From assembly GCF_037042905.1 (NCBI RefSeq), contig NC_087246.1:7256001-7320000 (forward strand): DNA of 64,000 nucleotides, read 5' to 3'. The notes under the pieces were generated by a model. It did not search any database and was not told the DNA's origin. It saw only the letters and a program-made list of their open reading frames with translations. Numbering within the stretch: position 1 is the stretch's first letter; each line of letters opens with the position of its first letter. This DNA is from Lytechinus pictus. Its lineage: Eukaryota. Shown piece after piece: positions 38,748 through 52,300 of the stretch. The translations under genes and the position numbers were made by a program.

Positions 38748-38968
38748 CCAATTGAAACCAGTTGGATTTCCAACTGGTTTCAATTGGTTTCAATTGGTTT
38801 TAACTGGTTTCAATTGGTTTTAACTGGAATTTAACAATTTCCAATTGAAACCAGTTGGGCAACTGGAAATCCTAACTGGAACCAGTTGGGTAACTGGAAA
38901 TGACTTCCAATTGGAAATGATTTCTAACTGGAACCAGTTGAGTAACTGGAAATTCCAACTGGAAATCC
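38748..38968. repeat. 10-bp-period minisatellite (AACTGGTTTC / CCAACTGGAA) in mixed orientation
   Basis: Visible tandem CAATTGGTTT / TAACTGGTTT units. Confidence 0.8.
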
Positions 38969-39729
38969 TCATATGAATTTGTTGTGTTCACTTAACGCGC
39001 ACCGTGGCAAATCCCCTATTCTGGCGTCAAAAACTTGACAAAATAGACCAATTTTCGGCTCTTTTAACTCATATCTCAAAAACCGCTCGAGATTTTTCAC
39101 GGGTTCAAACGGTTTCTTAATCTTAGACTTGTTCTACATCTCATGATATCTGTCATTTTATATTCTGATTAAAAAAACAACCGTGTTTTTTTGACTGAAA
39201 ATACACAGTTTCTCGCATGGACCCCAAATAGATTTCACAACGTACGGGTTCACAACCAAGAAAGAAGGAGAAAGGAAATAATCATCACGTACCCCACGTA
39301 CCCTCATATATATACGAGAACGAGTTGGTATCTTAATCTCGTATTTTATTTTTTGCCCATGCGGAATTATTTGGGGGGGGGGGGGAAACGATATGTTTGC
39401 ATGCCCCCCAATATTTTCATTGGTGGGGCGATCGCCCCCGGCCCTGCCCCCCCCCCCATAATCGACGCCTCTCTATTTGGGGTCCATGGCCCATGTCCAT
39501 GGACCCCTATAATAGATTTCACAACGGGTTCACAACCAAGAAAGAAGGAGAAAGGAAATAATCATCACGTACCCTCGCCCTATATATACAATTTTGCTCT
39601 TTGTAAATTTTGCCAGCCTTATTTGGCCCCTGCCACGGCCCCCTAACAAAAGGAGAGCAATATAATGTGTCAGCCTAGCCTCGCATAGGCCTAGCCTAGG
39701 CCATCTGTGCGCCCCGATGTGCGCCAGTG

Positions 39730-40330
39730 CTCGGCGGGAATCAAACAATCAAAATAACAAAATAATCAACAACGTTCGCGTAAACAACTTCCGGATTTAA
39801 CCATAACACAGATATTTTCACATAACCTTGTATCCGATATATAGTGTGGCTGTTAGATGTGTACAGCCAGTCTTTTTTTCTATTATCCTTTTCATTTGTA
39901 TGAGTCACGTGCATAATTGCAGATTATGTTTGAACGAGCGGCTGCAAAAGTAGATCCGCCGCCGAATTACCGTATTGTACTAGCTAGCTGGTTTATATGT
40001 CATCACCTGTTACTGTTAGTTGCTCTGTTATGGAAGGAGAATCAGAAAACCCAACGTTGTCTCCAAAACAACATGAGCAATTGACTAAGGTATGCCTGAA
40101 TGTCTATTACCGTAATTCTTCCTCTTCTTCTTCTCCCAAGTTCTAGGGCGCTGGTGCATGTTTTAGAAACCTCATCTCCGCTCCGCACAACCTAATCTTG
40201 GAGTTGGACTGTCTTGGCTACGGTACGGTACCCGTACCGTACGTAACCCAGGGAGCTCCGGCCCGCGAAGCGGGCCGGAGCCTAGCCCTAGGCTAGCCTG
40301 AGGCTGAGCCTGAGGACTCCGTGTCCCGTG
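39730..40330 (+). promoter_or_regulatory. Putative promoter and first-exon region of gene B
   Basis: CpG-richer unique sequence around the ATG; ETS-type ACTTCCGG at 39787-39794; overlapping AP-1/E-box TGAGTCACGTG at 39901-39911. Motif matches only. Confidence 0.45.
40030..40089 (+). CDS. SEC14L2: Gene B coding exon 1 (MEGESENPTLSPKQHEQLTK)
   Basis: gttATGG start, AAG|gtatgc donor; LSPKQ resembles the SEC14L2-type N-terminus. Confidence 0.9.
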
Positions 40331-43300
40331 ATCATATTTTTTTTAATGATTATGATCATGATGATATTGTCATTTGATCAAGGAGCCTAGTTGAACCGCC
40401 TCCCATATACTTATAAATATAAGAAACGCATGTAAACAAAGATGGATTTCCCTAGGCCTAACTTTTTAGTAGGAAATCCATCTTTGAAATTGAAGATCAC
40501 GTAAATTTATATTCTAACTCTACTCTACTAACGTTAGATCTACACCATCATACGCCTCATGAAGGTGCAAAAAGTATGTTGATAAAATAAAAAAGGTTAA
40601 AAATTAGAGGTTTCTTACCAGACCGATCTCATGTAGATCCCTCGATCCATTCGTATACAGCTTGACCCTTGGCTTGAACTGCTTATAGCTCCGATAAGCA
40701 ATGTTACAAATTGCCGATTTGAAGAACAATTTATAGATAAAAATTATTATTTAACAAATAATAAAATTTAAAACTTATTTATAAATAATCATTGTAATAA
40801 TTATTTTTTATAATTAAGTGTAAATTTTGCTAATCGATTAGCGATCGGCGGCAAGCCATTCGATCAATCGATGTTTACTCCCAGGCCTAGACCTCAGTCT
40901 AAATATGGTTAAACTTTACCCAGGGAGCGGGCTGGAGCCCAGGACTCGTCTATGTAATACTAGGCAGAGGGTACTCTCCAAAATGGGGTCGCAATAGCAC
41001 CCCAAATAAAAGGGGGAAAAAATAAATTATGCACTTACCCCGATTATATGGATGAAGCCATGAAGGTCTATATCGTGACACAGAATCCTGACATCGAGAC
41101 ACAAATTGGACCCTCAAAAAAAGGAAAAGTTCTATCTCGTTTGGTCTTTCAAAATTGAAAACAAAATGGCCTATCGATACCAAGAATGAACGCGACATGG
41201 AGGTCAAAACTTTTCCCTTTTTTGAGGGTCCAGTTTGTGGGCTGGGGGTGCTTCAGTGCAGTCAGTCCCCACTTTTTTCCTAAACCGTGTACAAAAAACG
41301 TTTAAAAAATGACCATATGATTGTGATTTTTTGCATGGTCAGCCCCCCACTTTGAAAATCGTTCCGTGGACCCTGTGTTATAGTGAAAAATAGAAGAATA
41401 TCAAGATTAATTTCCTTGGTGTACAATAGGCAGATGTATATGTATTTGAGATCAAGAGTATGGAGAGGGCCGTAGGCGTAGCGAGATAGGTACCAGTTTT
41501 GTTATAGCTTCTGGGCACATGCCCCTCATCACTCAAAGAATATAACAACATTAACAACATAATGCCAATAATGTGGTTATACCATACAATGTAATTTATA
41601 ACAAAGATCAGTATTGTTGTGAAACAAATATCAGTGAGTTAATAATAAGCAATAAGTTGCAAGGTAATGATAAGTGAATATACAGTGCGTCCAACAAAAA
41701 TGTGTGAATTTTGTCTCATATTCGGTATCAAAATGTAGAGGAATAATTGAATTGTATGATGATGTAAATGATATCCCAATCCTTCTCTTTTTGAAGAAAA
41801 AAGACCTGGGAATCCTTGTTTCCTTTTTTCTGGGATGCACTGTATATAGTACATGTAGTATGGAATAAGTTATTACCATAAGTATTGCTAAGAGTTAGCT
41901 TAAGAAGTGAGGTCAGGTGTGATTTAATTACACACATAATTTGTATAATTTATTTACACGTCAAGATCTAGATTATGGACAGTGGCAAAACCAGGAGGGC
42001 ACATCTGGACCGTCCCCCCCCCCCCCTATTGAGAGGCAATTTTTTTTTAGTGGGATATGTCATGCATAGGCAAGTGAGAACTTTTTTGCTTGTCAAATTG
42101 CTTAATGGAACAAAATGACATCGATTTGATAGTGAAGACCCTTTTTTTTTTAGGGGGGGGGGGGGCCTCAAAAGTTTCTGTACGAAATCCCCCCCATAAT
42201 CCTGGACTGGACATGCATGTACAAGTTGCTGTGAATATAAGTTTTAAAGCTTGAGTAGTTGAAATACCTTTATTATAATGAAATTGTTATATCACTTTAA
42301 AAAAGGGGGCAAAACCTATAACTGATTCTTTTTATATTAAAAAAAAAATCTGTTATTGAGGCGCCATGGTCTAGTGGTTATGACCCTCGCCTTTGAATCA
42401 GAGGGACGTGAGTTCAAATCCTAGCCTTAGCATGTTTTCCCTCAGCAAGAAATTTACCCACATTGTGTTGCACTCAACCCAGGTGAGCAGGCACTGGCGG
42501 ATCCAGGGGGGGGGGCACAGCTTTTTTTTTTCAATGAAAAATTTCAAAAAAAAATATAATGTAACTCTAAATACATGTACCTTTTTTACCAAAGTGTCCC
42601 CCCCCTTTTGAAAGTGATGACTTATTTTTTGCTTTTCTTTTTTTCCGTGGACGAAATGAAAATGTGCCCCCCCCCCTTTTGGAAAATCCTGGAACCGATT
42701 CCTTGAAGGCACGGAGCACTGGAAGGCAGCTAGAGCGAAAGGTGAGGTAATGATGATAATAATAACAATGCACCTTGGAATGGATTATTTTAAGATAGAT
42801 GGCACTTTATAAATGTCTATTATTATTATTATTATTAATTATCAGTTTCGGGAGAAGGTATCAGATGTTCTTCAGCCGTACCACAATGATTATTGGCTTC
42901 TAAGATTCCTTAAAGGTAAGTGAGGTGTGCTATCATTATTTAGAAAATATATTTTTAGTTTTGACACAAAACATATCTAGCTCATTACAAGTGCTATTCT
43001 GATTTTGACAAAGTGTTAATGGGAATATGCATCTTTCATGAAAACTTTTGTCAGTGATTTTCACTTGCTAATTTGCTATTAGCCGATCAGATGCAAGTTT
43101 ATTTTTAGCTTTTAGTGATGATATTATACAGTAACAAGTTTTTATTTCCAAAAAGATTGGTAGGCCCAGTGGCGGACCGTGACCGGGAGGAGACAATGCA
43201 TCGGACGGGCACTGTATTGTTTGTGAACAATGCTGTGCCCCTCCAATGCTTTGTCTCCTCCGGGTCACGGTCCGCCACTGGGTAGGCCTATACATTGTAT

Positions 43301-46300
43301 ATAATTTACATGTACAAACAATGCAATAATTATGACAGAGACAGGTGTAAGATCAAGAGTAGAGGAAAACCCAGGTCAATAAAATTAATCAGGCAGTCAC
43401 ATGTAATATCAAGCCTTTCTTAACTGTCACATTGTTCCATGCAAGCGTTTCTTGTGACTTTTGGCCTCGTGAGTAACAATTTTTGCTACCCACAGGTCAA
43501 ACTTCTTCTTCCGTTGAGTAAAGTCCTCTTTACAGAGTATAGTCGTGCTTGGCTGAGGCCAAAATCACAAAAACACAAGACATTTAGTGCAGTTGAACAA
43601 AACTAAACTATAGTGCAAGTAAAAAGATGCATCTCAACTGGAGAGCTAACGGAGGGTGAGTGGTTCCAGGTGGCTCCTGAAAGACTCAGTTGAAGGAGCC
43701 AAAACCACTGTTGTAGGCAGGACATTCCATAAGCAGATGGTACTTGGGAAAAAGCTGTGTTGGTAGGAGAGGATTCTACAATGCTGTTGTTTGAATTGTA
43801 GGCAATGTCCTCTGGTTGGTTCAGACGAGGCATACAGGAAACGTATTCAGACGAGGCAAACGTATCTCTCTCATATCCCGCATGGATGTTGGCTGCAGGA
43901 GCACACGCAGGTCTGCTTTGCCTGTAGAAAGTTTTGAACATGCTCAAAACTTGTTACGGATGAGTAACGGGTGACTGCCCGCAGGTTCCCTGCAGAATGC
44001 CAGTTAACCCGCTTGAAGATGGCCCACGAATCCCTGGCTATTCGCTGGAAATGTATGTTATCTGCAGGTATTCTACGTGCATAGTATCATATACACAACA
44101 ATGTTTTCATGCATCACCCATGAAGGTCACACGCAAGTAGACAGTAAATAGCACATGTGCGGCAGGTAAGATGCACACAAAGTTTGCGTACATCCTTATC
44201 TGCTCGCAGAAAACTTGTTGTTTGCTGTAAAATCCAAGCCGGCAACTCACCTGTAAGGCCTTGCACGGAACGATGTGACAGGGCCTTAAATTACCGGTAT
44301 AGGAATAGAAATAAGCTCTCCTGTGTAAGGGGGAAAAAAAACAGCTGTCATTCAGATTTTTCTGTAACATTTTAGTTTTTCCATCAAAACTTAAATATAC
44401 TTGCTATGATATTTCAATTTATTCTGAAAGAATAATTTTTGGAAATTACTTTCAGCCAATGTCTGATCTATTTTAAATATTTTTGTACTTGCTGCGATTT
44501 GACAGTCAAGAGCATGTTGCTTTTCGTTATCTCCTGCAGGACTACTATTCAAAGGAAGGAAATAAATTACTTGAAGGCAGTCATTGAGCTACAAAATGTC
44601 TACTTATTAAACATAGTCCATTTCAGTTCAGCTCATGTCACTTCACGTCATGTCATTGCATATTTCATTGCATACAGAGTGACTTCTAAGAGGCTTCCAA
44701 GTTCTGAGAGGAACATATTTTTCTATATTTTTGTGTCTCCTGATTTAAGCACTCTTTTTCTTTCATTGCAGCCAGAAATTTCAACCTGAAGAAATCAGAG
44801 AGCATGTTTAGAAAGGTATGAAGAGATATAATCCCAACTTTACTACCGGTATCTAGTTTATATCAAACAGAGTACAAATCTTTTTTCCATGCCAAAATTT
44901 ATCTTAGACCGATAATTCTGATTGTATTTGCCATGCACATTTGGATTAAATTCAATACTGCATCAATCAATTTGAAATTTGTTATCATACAGCATTCAAC
45001 AATTTCTAGAGAGATATGAATGACATGGCCTCATGGCAATGAAAAGAGATCCACTTTAATATAAAAGTGTGTTTCGTTAACTTTAAATTAGGCAATAAAT
45101 TATTTTGAACTGACATATGATAGATGAACCATATGTTCCTATGTGATGTAATCATATAAAAAAATATTAAAGATCGAATCCACCCTAGAAAATCAATCAA
45201 TTGATAAAAATCAAACAAGTGTACACTGAAAATTTCATCAAAATCGGATGTAAGATAAGACAGTTACAACATTTTTTAATTTCACTATTATTCACAAAAC
45301 AGTTATTATGCACAACCCAGTGACATGTAAATTAGAGAGTCAATGTCTCTCACTATTTATTTTGTTTTTTATTTGAATTAACACAATATTCCAACTTGAC
45401 AGAACCAAAAGTGTTAAACCAATGGTCATGCCACAATGTTCAGAGAGGAATATAACTTTGTTTCACAGGACAATGAGAAGAAAATTAGAATGTTTCATAC
45501 AATGAAATACAAAGGAAATAGTGAGTGGATGACGTCATCAGTCCCCTCATTTGCATACGGACCAGGATGTGCATGTAACTGTTTTGTAAAATTAAGCGAA
45601 ACTTAAAAAAGGGCAACTATCTTATTTCACAGTCGATTTTGAAAAAATTTTCAGTGCTATGGCTGTTAGATTTTTTCTTTGTATTCAAATAAACTTTTTG
45701 TTGGGGTGGACTTGTCCTTTAAATAAAATTTTAAAAAGTCATTTTGATTTTGTTTTGACAAGAAAATGCATGCTATGAACTTATATGTCTCAAATTTTGT
45801 TTTTTATCTTCTTTTTATAGAGATGTCGTTAATTTTCTTTCATTTGAAAATTATATTCAAAGATGTGATGATATCTTAGAGATGATATTTATTTTTCTTC
45901 TGTATTATGTGTAGGCCTCGTGACATCAATATTGTTAAAATGAAATTGATGTTCACAATTGAGTGTAACCAGTATCCATCTGAGAATTCCCTGCATGTCT
46001 AGTTGTTTGTATCTTCCATGGTAAATGCCCCTGTTATATATTTTTTTAATTTTCATGTGTGTTTTCAATCCTAGAATGTTATATGGAGAGAGGAGAATAA
46101 GGTCAGCCAAGTATGTGATGAATATATAGAACCAGAGGTAATTAAGTAGAATCTGTAATGTTACCCCTTCCCCCCCCCCCCCCCCCAGAACATCTGACTA
46201 TACTATCTTGATTGGAAACCTGGGACTAAGTGTAGTTGAGCCAGTGTGCAAGCTTATAGTAAAATATGTTAATCTGCTTTTATCTGCTTTTATAATAGTT

Positions 46301-49300
46301 ATTGATAAATCACAACTTAGCCCTAAACAGATATATTGTTACCCTAGTCATTGGATTCTGTCCTGCCTGCATAAAACATATGGACTTTGTCCACTCCCTA
46401 AGGAGTATTCCAACAAGAGTTTCCAAACTCAATTAGTAAGCATACTACAAAGGCTTTCGTATCCTATTTGGTACCCATTGAACGTGAGGGTAGAGAGTGG
46501 TAAAGTGTGGATTGACAACTTGCCAAACGATGCGAGGCCATAGTAGGATTCAAATACTTAGCTTGATACAGCTCATGACCCATCTAGTCTTGACTGCATG
46601 ATTCACCATATATTGCACTTCCTTTACCCCACCTCCATGTTTTATCTTGTAATTCTTTTTATTCTACATGAGATTAAAATGACCCTCTACATGTGTCCAT
46701 AATATTTACAAATAGAAGAATTTGAATGGTTCATTTAATTAGTTATTACCCTTCTCAAAACACTTCATTTGTTTACCCCCCCCCCCATTTTTGCATCCCT
46801 GATTTCCTGAATGTACTGATGACATAAATATAATGATCCTTACTTTTACAAAAATGTGTTTGCAGAAGGTGTATATAACAAAAAAAATACATTGAGTGAC
46901 TCTACACGTCATTCAAGTTTAAAGCATCCTCCAGTCTCTAAGTAAAGGAATTAATAATGAACAATTTTTTTTTCTTGAATATGATGTGCCTTGTCATTTT
47001 CATTTACACAGCTCTTTTTTTATTTACCTCTGATGTTTTTCCATTCAAAATTTTTGCTCTCATGACAGGCCAAATTTCCCCTAAAATATTCCCAAAAGGC
47101 ATGCTTTTAGGTAACCCTTCTTTCCAGGATCATCCAAGTATGGCAGAATAATGATATTTGCTTTTACTACACAATTGCTTGTTAACCCTAACAGTAAATC
47201 TGAAAGAAATAACCTCCCAAAATTCTGTAATGACCGCAAAGGTGGGGAAAAAGGCTCTAAAGATACAAATTATTTGCTACCCTGATGTGATTTAAATTTG
47301 CGCCTGGCCTTTTTCTTAATATAGATACTTTCTCCACTTTTCCAATCTTTCTTCATACAGGTTTTACAAAAATATAAATCTGGGGGTAAGCTTGGTTATG
47401 CTAAAGATGGACGTCCAGTTTTTCTTGATGCCACAGGGAATGTAGACTTCAAAGGTAATTATTTTTTGAGAATTCATAAAGCTCCATATTTATCTTACTC
47501 CACATGCGGCCCCATATTAAACAGGGGTGTGAGAGATCAGATTTTTATCTGATTTCAGATTTTTTTGGTTTTGATTTTCAGCTTATTTTTGGCTTTCCTC
47601 TGTACAAAAAGTATGGGAGCTCTTTCTATTTCAGATTTTTTCAACACTCTTCAGCTTTTTTCAGATCTTTTTATTTGTGACCACTCACACCCCTGATTAA
47701 ATCAATAGATCATGTCATGTTTGCATGCCCCAAAATAGCATCCGGTCCACTGTCCAAAATTGAGGGGGTTTTTTCTCCTGTAAAACTTGACAAGAAAGAA
47801 AAGGTCATCGCTCCCAAATGAATGTATTTTACAGGGTGTGCCATTCTTTTGACCTGATATCACAGGGTGCGCCTGCACCTCCAACCCCCCCCCCCGGACC
47901 CATGCCTGATACATGTTTTGTAAATTGGCTTTTAAATACCACCATTATGAACTAAAAAACATTTGCATTGTAAGTTGAGAAGCAGAGAAGGACAATTTCT
48001 TACTCATGGTATTTCCCATGCAGTCTCTCTTTTTTTGTTTTGAGGTACATATAATTAAAAAAGACTTGACCTCATTTCTTCAATTGTCTCTTTTCTAGGA
48101 TTACTTCATTCTGTCACAGTATCTGATGCAACAAAGCTCTACATTAAAACCTTGGAATCACTACAGAGAGATGTGATCTCACAAACAGAAAAGGTAAAAA
48201 CATGAAATCCCTGGAATACATAAAAAGGCTGATTATAGAATGCAAAGACTGCAAGGATTTCCTGTTGTAATCAGCAGTAAAATAATTTGTTATTTCTCTA
48301 ATTTTGATACCTAATTTTTGAATAAATATTGATCACGTTTAATATTATTATTTTATTTATTTGTTTATTTTAATTATTATTATTATTTTTTTTTTTTTGG
48401 GGGGGGGGAGGTAGATGTGTTAATAATGTGGAATGTCTTCATCTGTATATTTCAGCTTCAGCTGCTGTAATTAAAATGAAAATTTTGGAATATGTAAGGT
48501 GTCTCTGAATTCATGCTTAATTACATGAATAGCTTTATGAACCAAATGAAAATTGAAGCTATTTTTCCTCCATTTCAGCTAGCATCTTTTCTTGTCATGT
48601 TGATGATTTCATGAAAGAAATAAGCTAAACATTGCTTTCTTTTTCAGTTCAGAGTTCACTGGTCATGGTAGTGTCGTGGGTGGGGGTTGGACCTTGCTAA
48701 GGGACCGGACAGTTCAATAAAGAAACCGGGACACCAGATCTAGGGCAGTTTCATTTAATTGGCGTCATAGGAAACATAAAAAAAAACCTGTAAAGATACA
48801 TAAACAAAAACCGCAATAAATTACATGTATCATATTACAGATTCAAATAATCAATGACAAAGTTCACATGTAAACAGTTCCCATCTCATCACTTGATAGT
48901 TCTGTAATGCTTACAAAAATGAAACAGACTTCTTGTCATTAAAGTTTAACGCCTCGCTGCAAACAATCTTGAATTTTACCAAGTTAAATTCAGTCGAAAC
49001 TATTTCCCTTGTAAGAATTCAAAATAATTATGTTTTTACAACAACTTATTTTCTTGCCTACTATAAATTCAGCATAAGCCTATAAAATCCCTCTTTGTTT
49101 TAGTACAAAGCACCTCGAACAATATCTAGTATAATACCAATACCAGCTTATTCACTCAACTCTTGCATCTGTTCAATCTATTTCGTATAAGATTAATTAA
49201 ACTGTCAAAACAAATCCTCTGTAACACCGTTTGACAATATTATAAGACATTATAAAATCATTAATGCAATCATCCTAATATCAGACATTAATACATGATA

Positions 49301-52300
49301 CACATCTGATGATATAAGAAACAAAACTCTAAGATGCCTACCCAAGGTCAGAAAAAGGTCAATCAACTGCTTCAAACTACAGGCTGCCACTACCAGTACA
49401 ACAGACTGCAACCCACAGACTGCAACCCCTGGACTGCAAACTCCACAGCCACTGCAAGCCCCACAGTAGCTCACTACCAGCCACTGCCACCCACTGCCAC
49501 AGGTAGACCCACTGCCTATTGGACCAGCTGAAGTCCCAATTCTCCCAGCTATAAATAAGAAGTTAATTTATTCATCACCAACAATTCTACACTCGAAATA
49601 CTCTCAGGAGTATATGAATTATCATATTATTTACGGAATAATCATCTTATAATTTGATATCAGTGTAATGTTACAGTGTAATCACTTCATGATCTTATAC
49701 ATACATTTTATATCTTCGATTCATGGGCGCGGCCATCTTGAGAAGTCGGATAAAATGGCGCCCTCTACGTTCGTAAATGCTGAACCAAAAACAATTAAAT
49801 CACTCCTATAACAAGCAAGTATCTGAGCCTGTTATCTTTTAACATATTAAATCATTAACAACAAATACTGAAAACCCGATAAATCTCTATTTGGAGATAA
49901 CCACAGAGCATTTGCATCATTTCCCACAATTTGTTACAGAAATCGAAATTCTTATCCTTCAGACGCATCAAAGTCAAGACATGGAAAGTACTCAAAATAA
50001 TCTCTTAAATCCAGTTAAAATAGTTACAAATACTCTTAGAATTATTCTCAGCATTAAAGTGACTTCTTATAGACTTAAAATGCTATATAAAAGTTTACAT
50101 ACCGAAGAAATCTCCAACACACGTTTAAAACTTCTCGTGCTCTGCCTACAAACACGTCCGTGCACGTAGATCTTCAAATGCCTTCTCCTAATCAAACCAC
50201 ACCCAAAGGGCTATCACACGTGAAACGGTACGAGTACGACCTAATTAAAGATGCATATATCAATGCGCTTCAAAAAAAGTAAATTCGGCCTAGTACGATT
50301 ACGTAACCTAGCGTAAATATTCGAAAAACCTGGTTCAGATACGCAGATCTCACCGCACAAATTAAATCCTTATAAATTTCGCCTTCACAAAAGTCCATTT
50401 CCCGACAGTAGCATGACTGGAGACCAGCTGTCTGGGATCAAAGATTCAAGCAGCCTTGTAGAACGGAATGGCTGGATGTTGGTCTAGGTGCTTAGTGATC
50501 TTGTCCATAGCCACTTTAAACACTTTGTTGAATGTTTTGGAAATATTTTGCCTCTCCAATGCTAGTCTTTTTTCCGTTAGTGGGTCGATTTGGCCAAACA
50601 ATTTTCGCTCTGTAGTGAGGTAGGTTTTGGTGTCCTCCAGGATACAGGATACTGTACGCAGTACAGGCAAGGAGCTTGCCTCAAGGCTGGTGAGGACGGT
50701 TGTGAGTCTAGTACTGTACTCTGTAATAAAGCTCATGTACACTTCAAGCTCGCTGTAGATCTCCTTGTTCCTCAACATTTCAGTATGGTTTCGACAGCCG
50801 CACCTTTACTGTCCTCCTGTTTGAAGAAACCTTCATACACTTGTGATACTTCACTGCATTGTACCAGGAATTCCACTGGATGGAAACTGGGACAGGTGGC
50901 AATTTGCACTGGTCGGCGGGCAGATACTCTTTTAGATACTTTAAGTACTTAGTTTTGCAGGCTGGCTTTTTGAAGAAGGCCGATTTCATCATCTTTGTGA
51001 AAGTGTCAACCCTGCCAAATTCTGGAGAGTGCTGAAATGCCTTTTCCCCAAGATTTATGATGTGGGCCAGGCATGGTACGTGTTTACTGTTGGGTAGTAA
51101 TGGCAGAAAAACTTCACGAGCAGCGTTATTGCAGTAGGCAGCACTGTCGGTGACGACTACTATCACGTCATCAAACTTTATATCCATGTTGGTCAACGCC
51201 TTCACAACTGCCAGGCTGAGTGTTGTGTGGTTGCATGCCTCCATAATGCACACATATGATGTACATTTGTATTCTTTTTCACATACCATAAAATGAAAGT
51301 AACAATAGTGATATGGTAACTTGCCGTAGGATTTGAACTTAATTGATTTAATCTTTCCTTTTTTGCAGCTAAAGAGACAAATAGATGGCATCTACTATAT
51401 AGTAGATCTAGAGAACCTTGGTCGTCATCATCTATGGAAACCTGGTGTACAATTCTTTACTGATGTAAGTGATCTCTTCACAGTATTTTGAAATAGAAAG
51501 GAAATGAAATGGATTGGTTTTCAGAGTACATTGATAAAGAAGATGGGGGGGGGGGGAGGAAGTCTAGTGGTCAGTACATATATGCTTTTTTTTGCTTAAA
51601 CCCTATTTCAATTGGCCTCTTTTAGATCAAGGTTTTACTGGGATGAATAAAATTGACTCCTCCCCTTCAGATCTTGGCTGTGAATGGTTGGAGGGATACT
51701 TAATATTTCACAGACATTATGACACATGTTAATAGTGTTGCACAATACTGTTCTAATTAATAAAATCATTCAATAGTGTATTATATCAGATTATGAAAAT
51801 TAGATGCTTGTATTTCTTTTTGTCTCGCCCACCAGAGGTGAAGGCGAGACTTAGGGATCCAAATGTCGCCTGTCCGTCACAAACCTTATGACACATAACT
51901 CTGCAACCGTAAGTCACTTTTCAACCAAACTTGGATGGTAGATTGACTTTGGGGACCTGCATGTAATGCTGCAGTCGGAGGTCACATGGTAAGGTCAAAG
52001 GTAATTTTCAGGTCAACGTTAAAGTTTACATGCAAGACTCTATTATGACACCTAACTCCGCAACCGTAAGTCACTTTTCAACAAAACTTGGATGGTAGAT
52101 GGACTTGGGGGACCTGCATGTTATGCTGCAGTCTGTGGTCAAATGGTAAAGTCAAAGGTAATTTTCAGGTCAATGTTAAAGTTTACATGCAAGACTCTCT
52201 TATGACACCTAACTCCGCAACCGTAAGTCACTTTTCAACCAAACTTGGATGGTAGATGGACTTGGGGGACCTGCATGTTATGCTGCAGTCGGAGGTCACA

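Noticed and set aside
30636..40029. Single shared bidirectional promoter
   Set aside because: Start codons are 9.4 kb apart, each has its own CpG-rich patch, and the spacer is mostly repeats.
41500..41540. Hammerhead-ribozyme-like motif on the minus strand (GTGATGA-GGGGC-ATGT-GCCC-AGAAG)
   Set aside because: The core deviates from CUGANGA and GAAA, and stems I and III cannot be formed; at most a decayed remnant.
43603..43947. 114-aa ORF as a nested gene
   Set aside because: No recognisable domain or splice structure; it lies within a probable transposon remnant.
49334..49531. Thr/Pro-rich 65-aa ORF
   Set aside because: Low-complexity ACTGC-type decayed tandem repeat.
51245..51391. N-terminal 49 aa of the 203-aa ORF as an antisense gene overlapping gene B exon 7
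   Set aside because: Chance open frame across the polypyrimidine tract; transposase similarity starts only near 51244.
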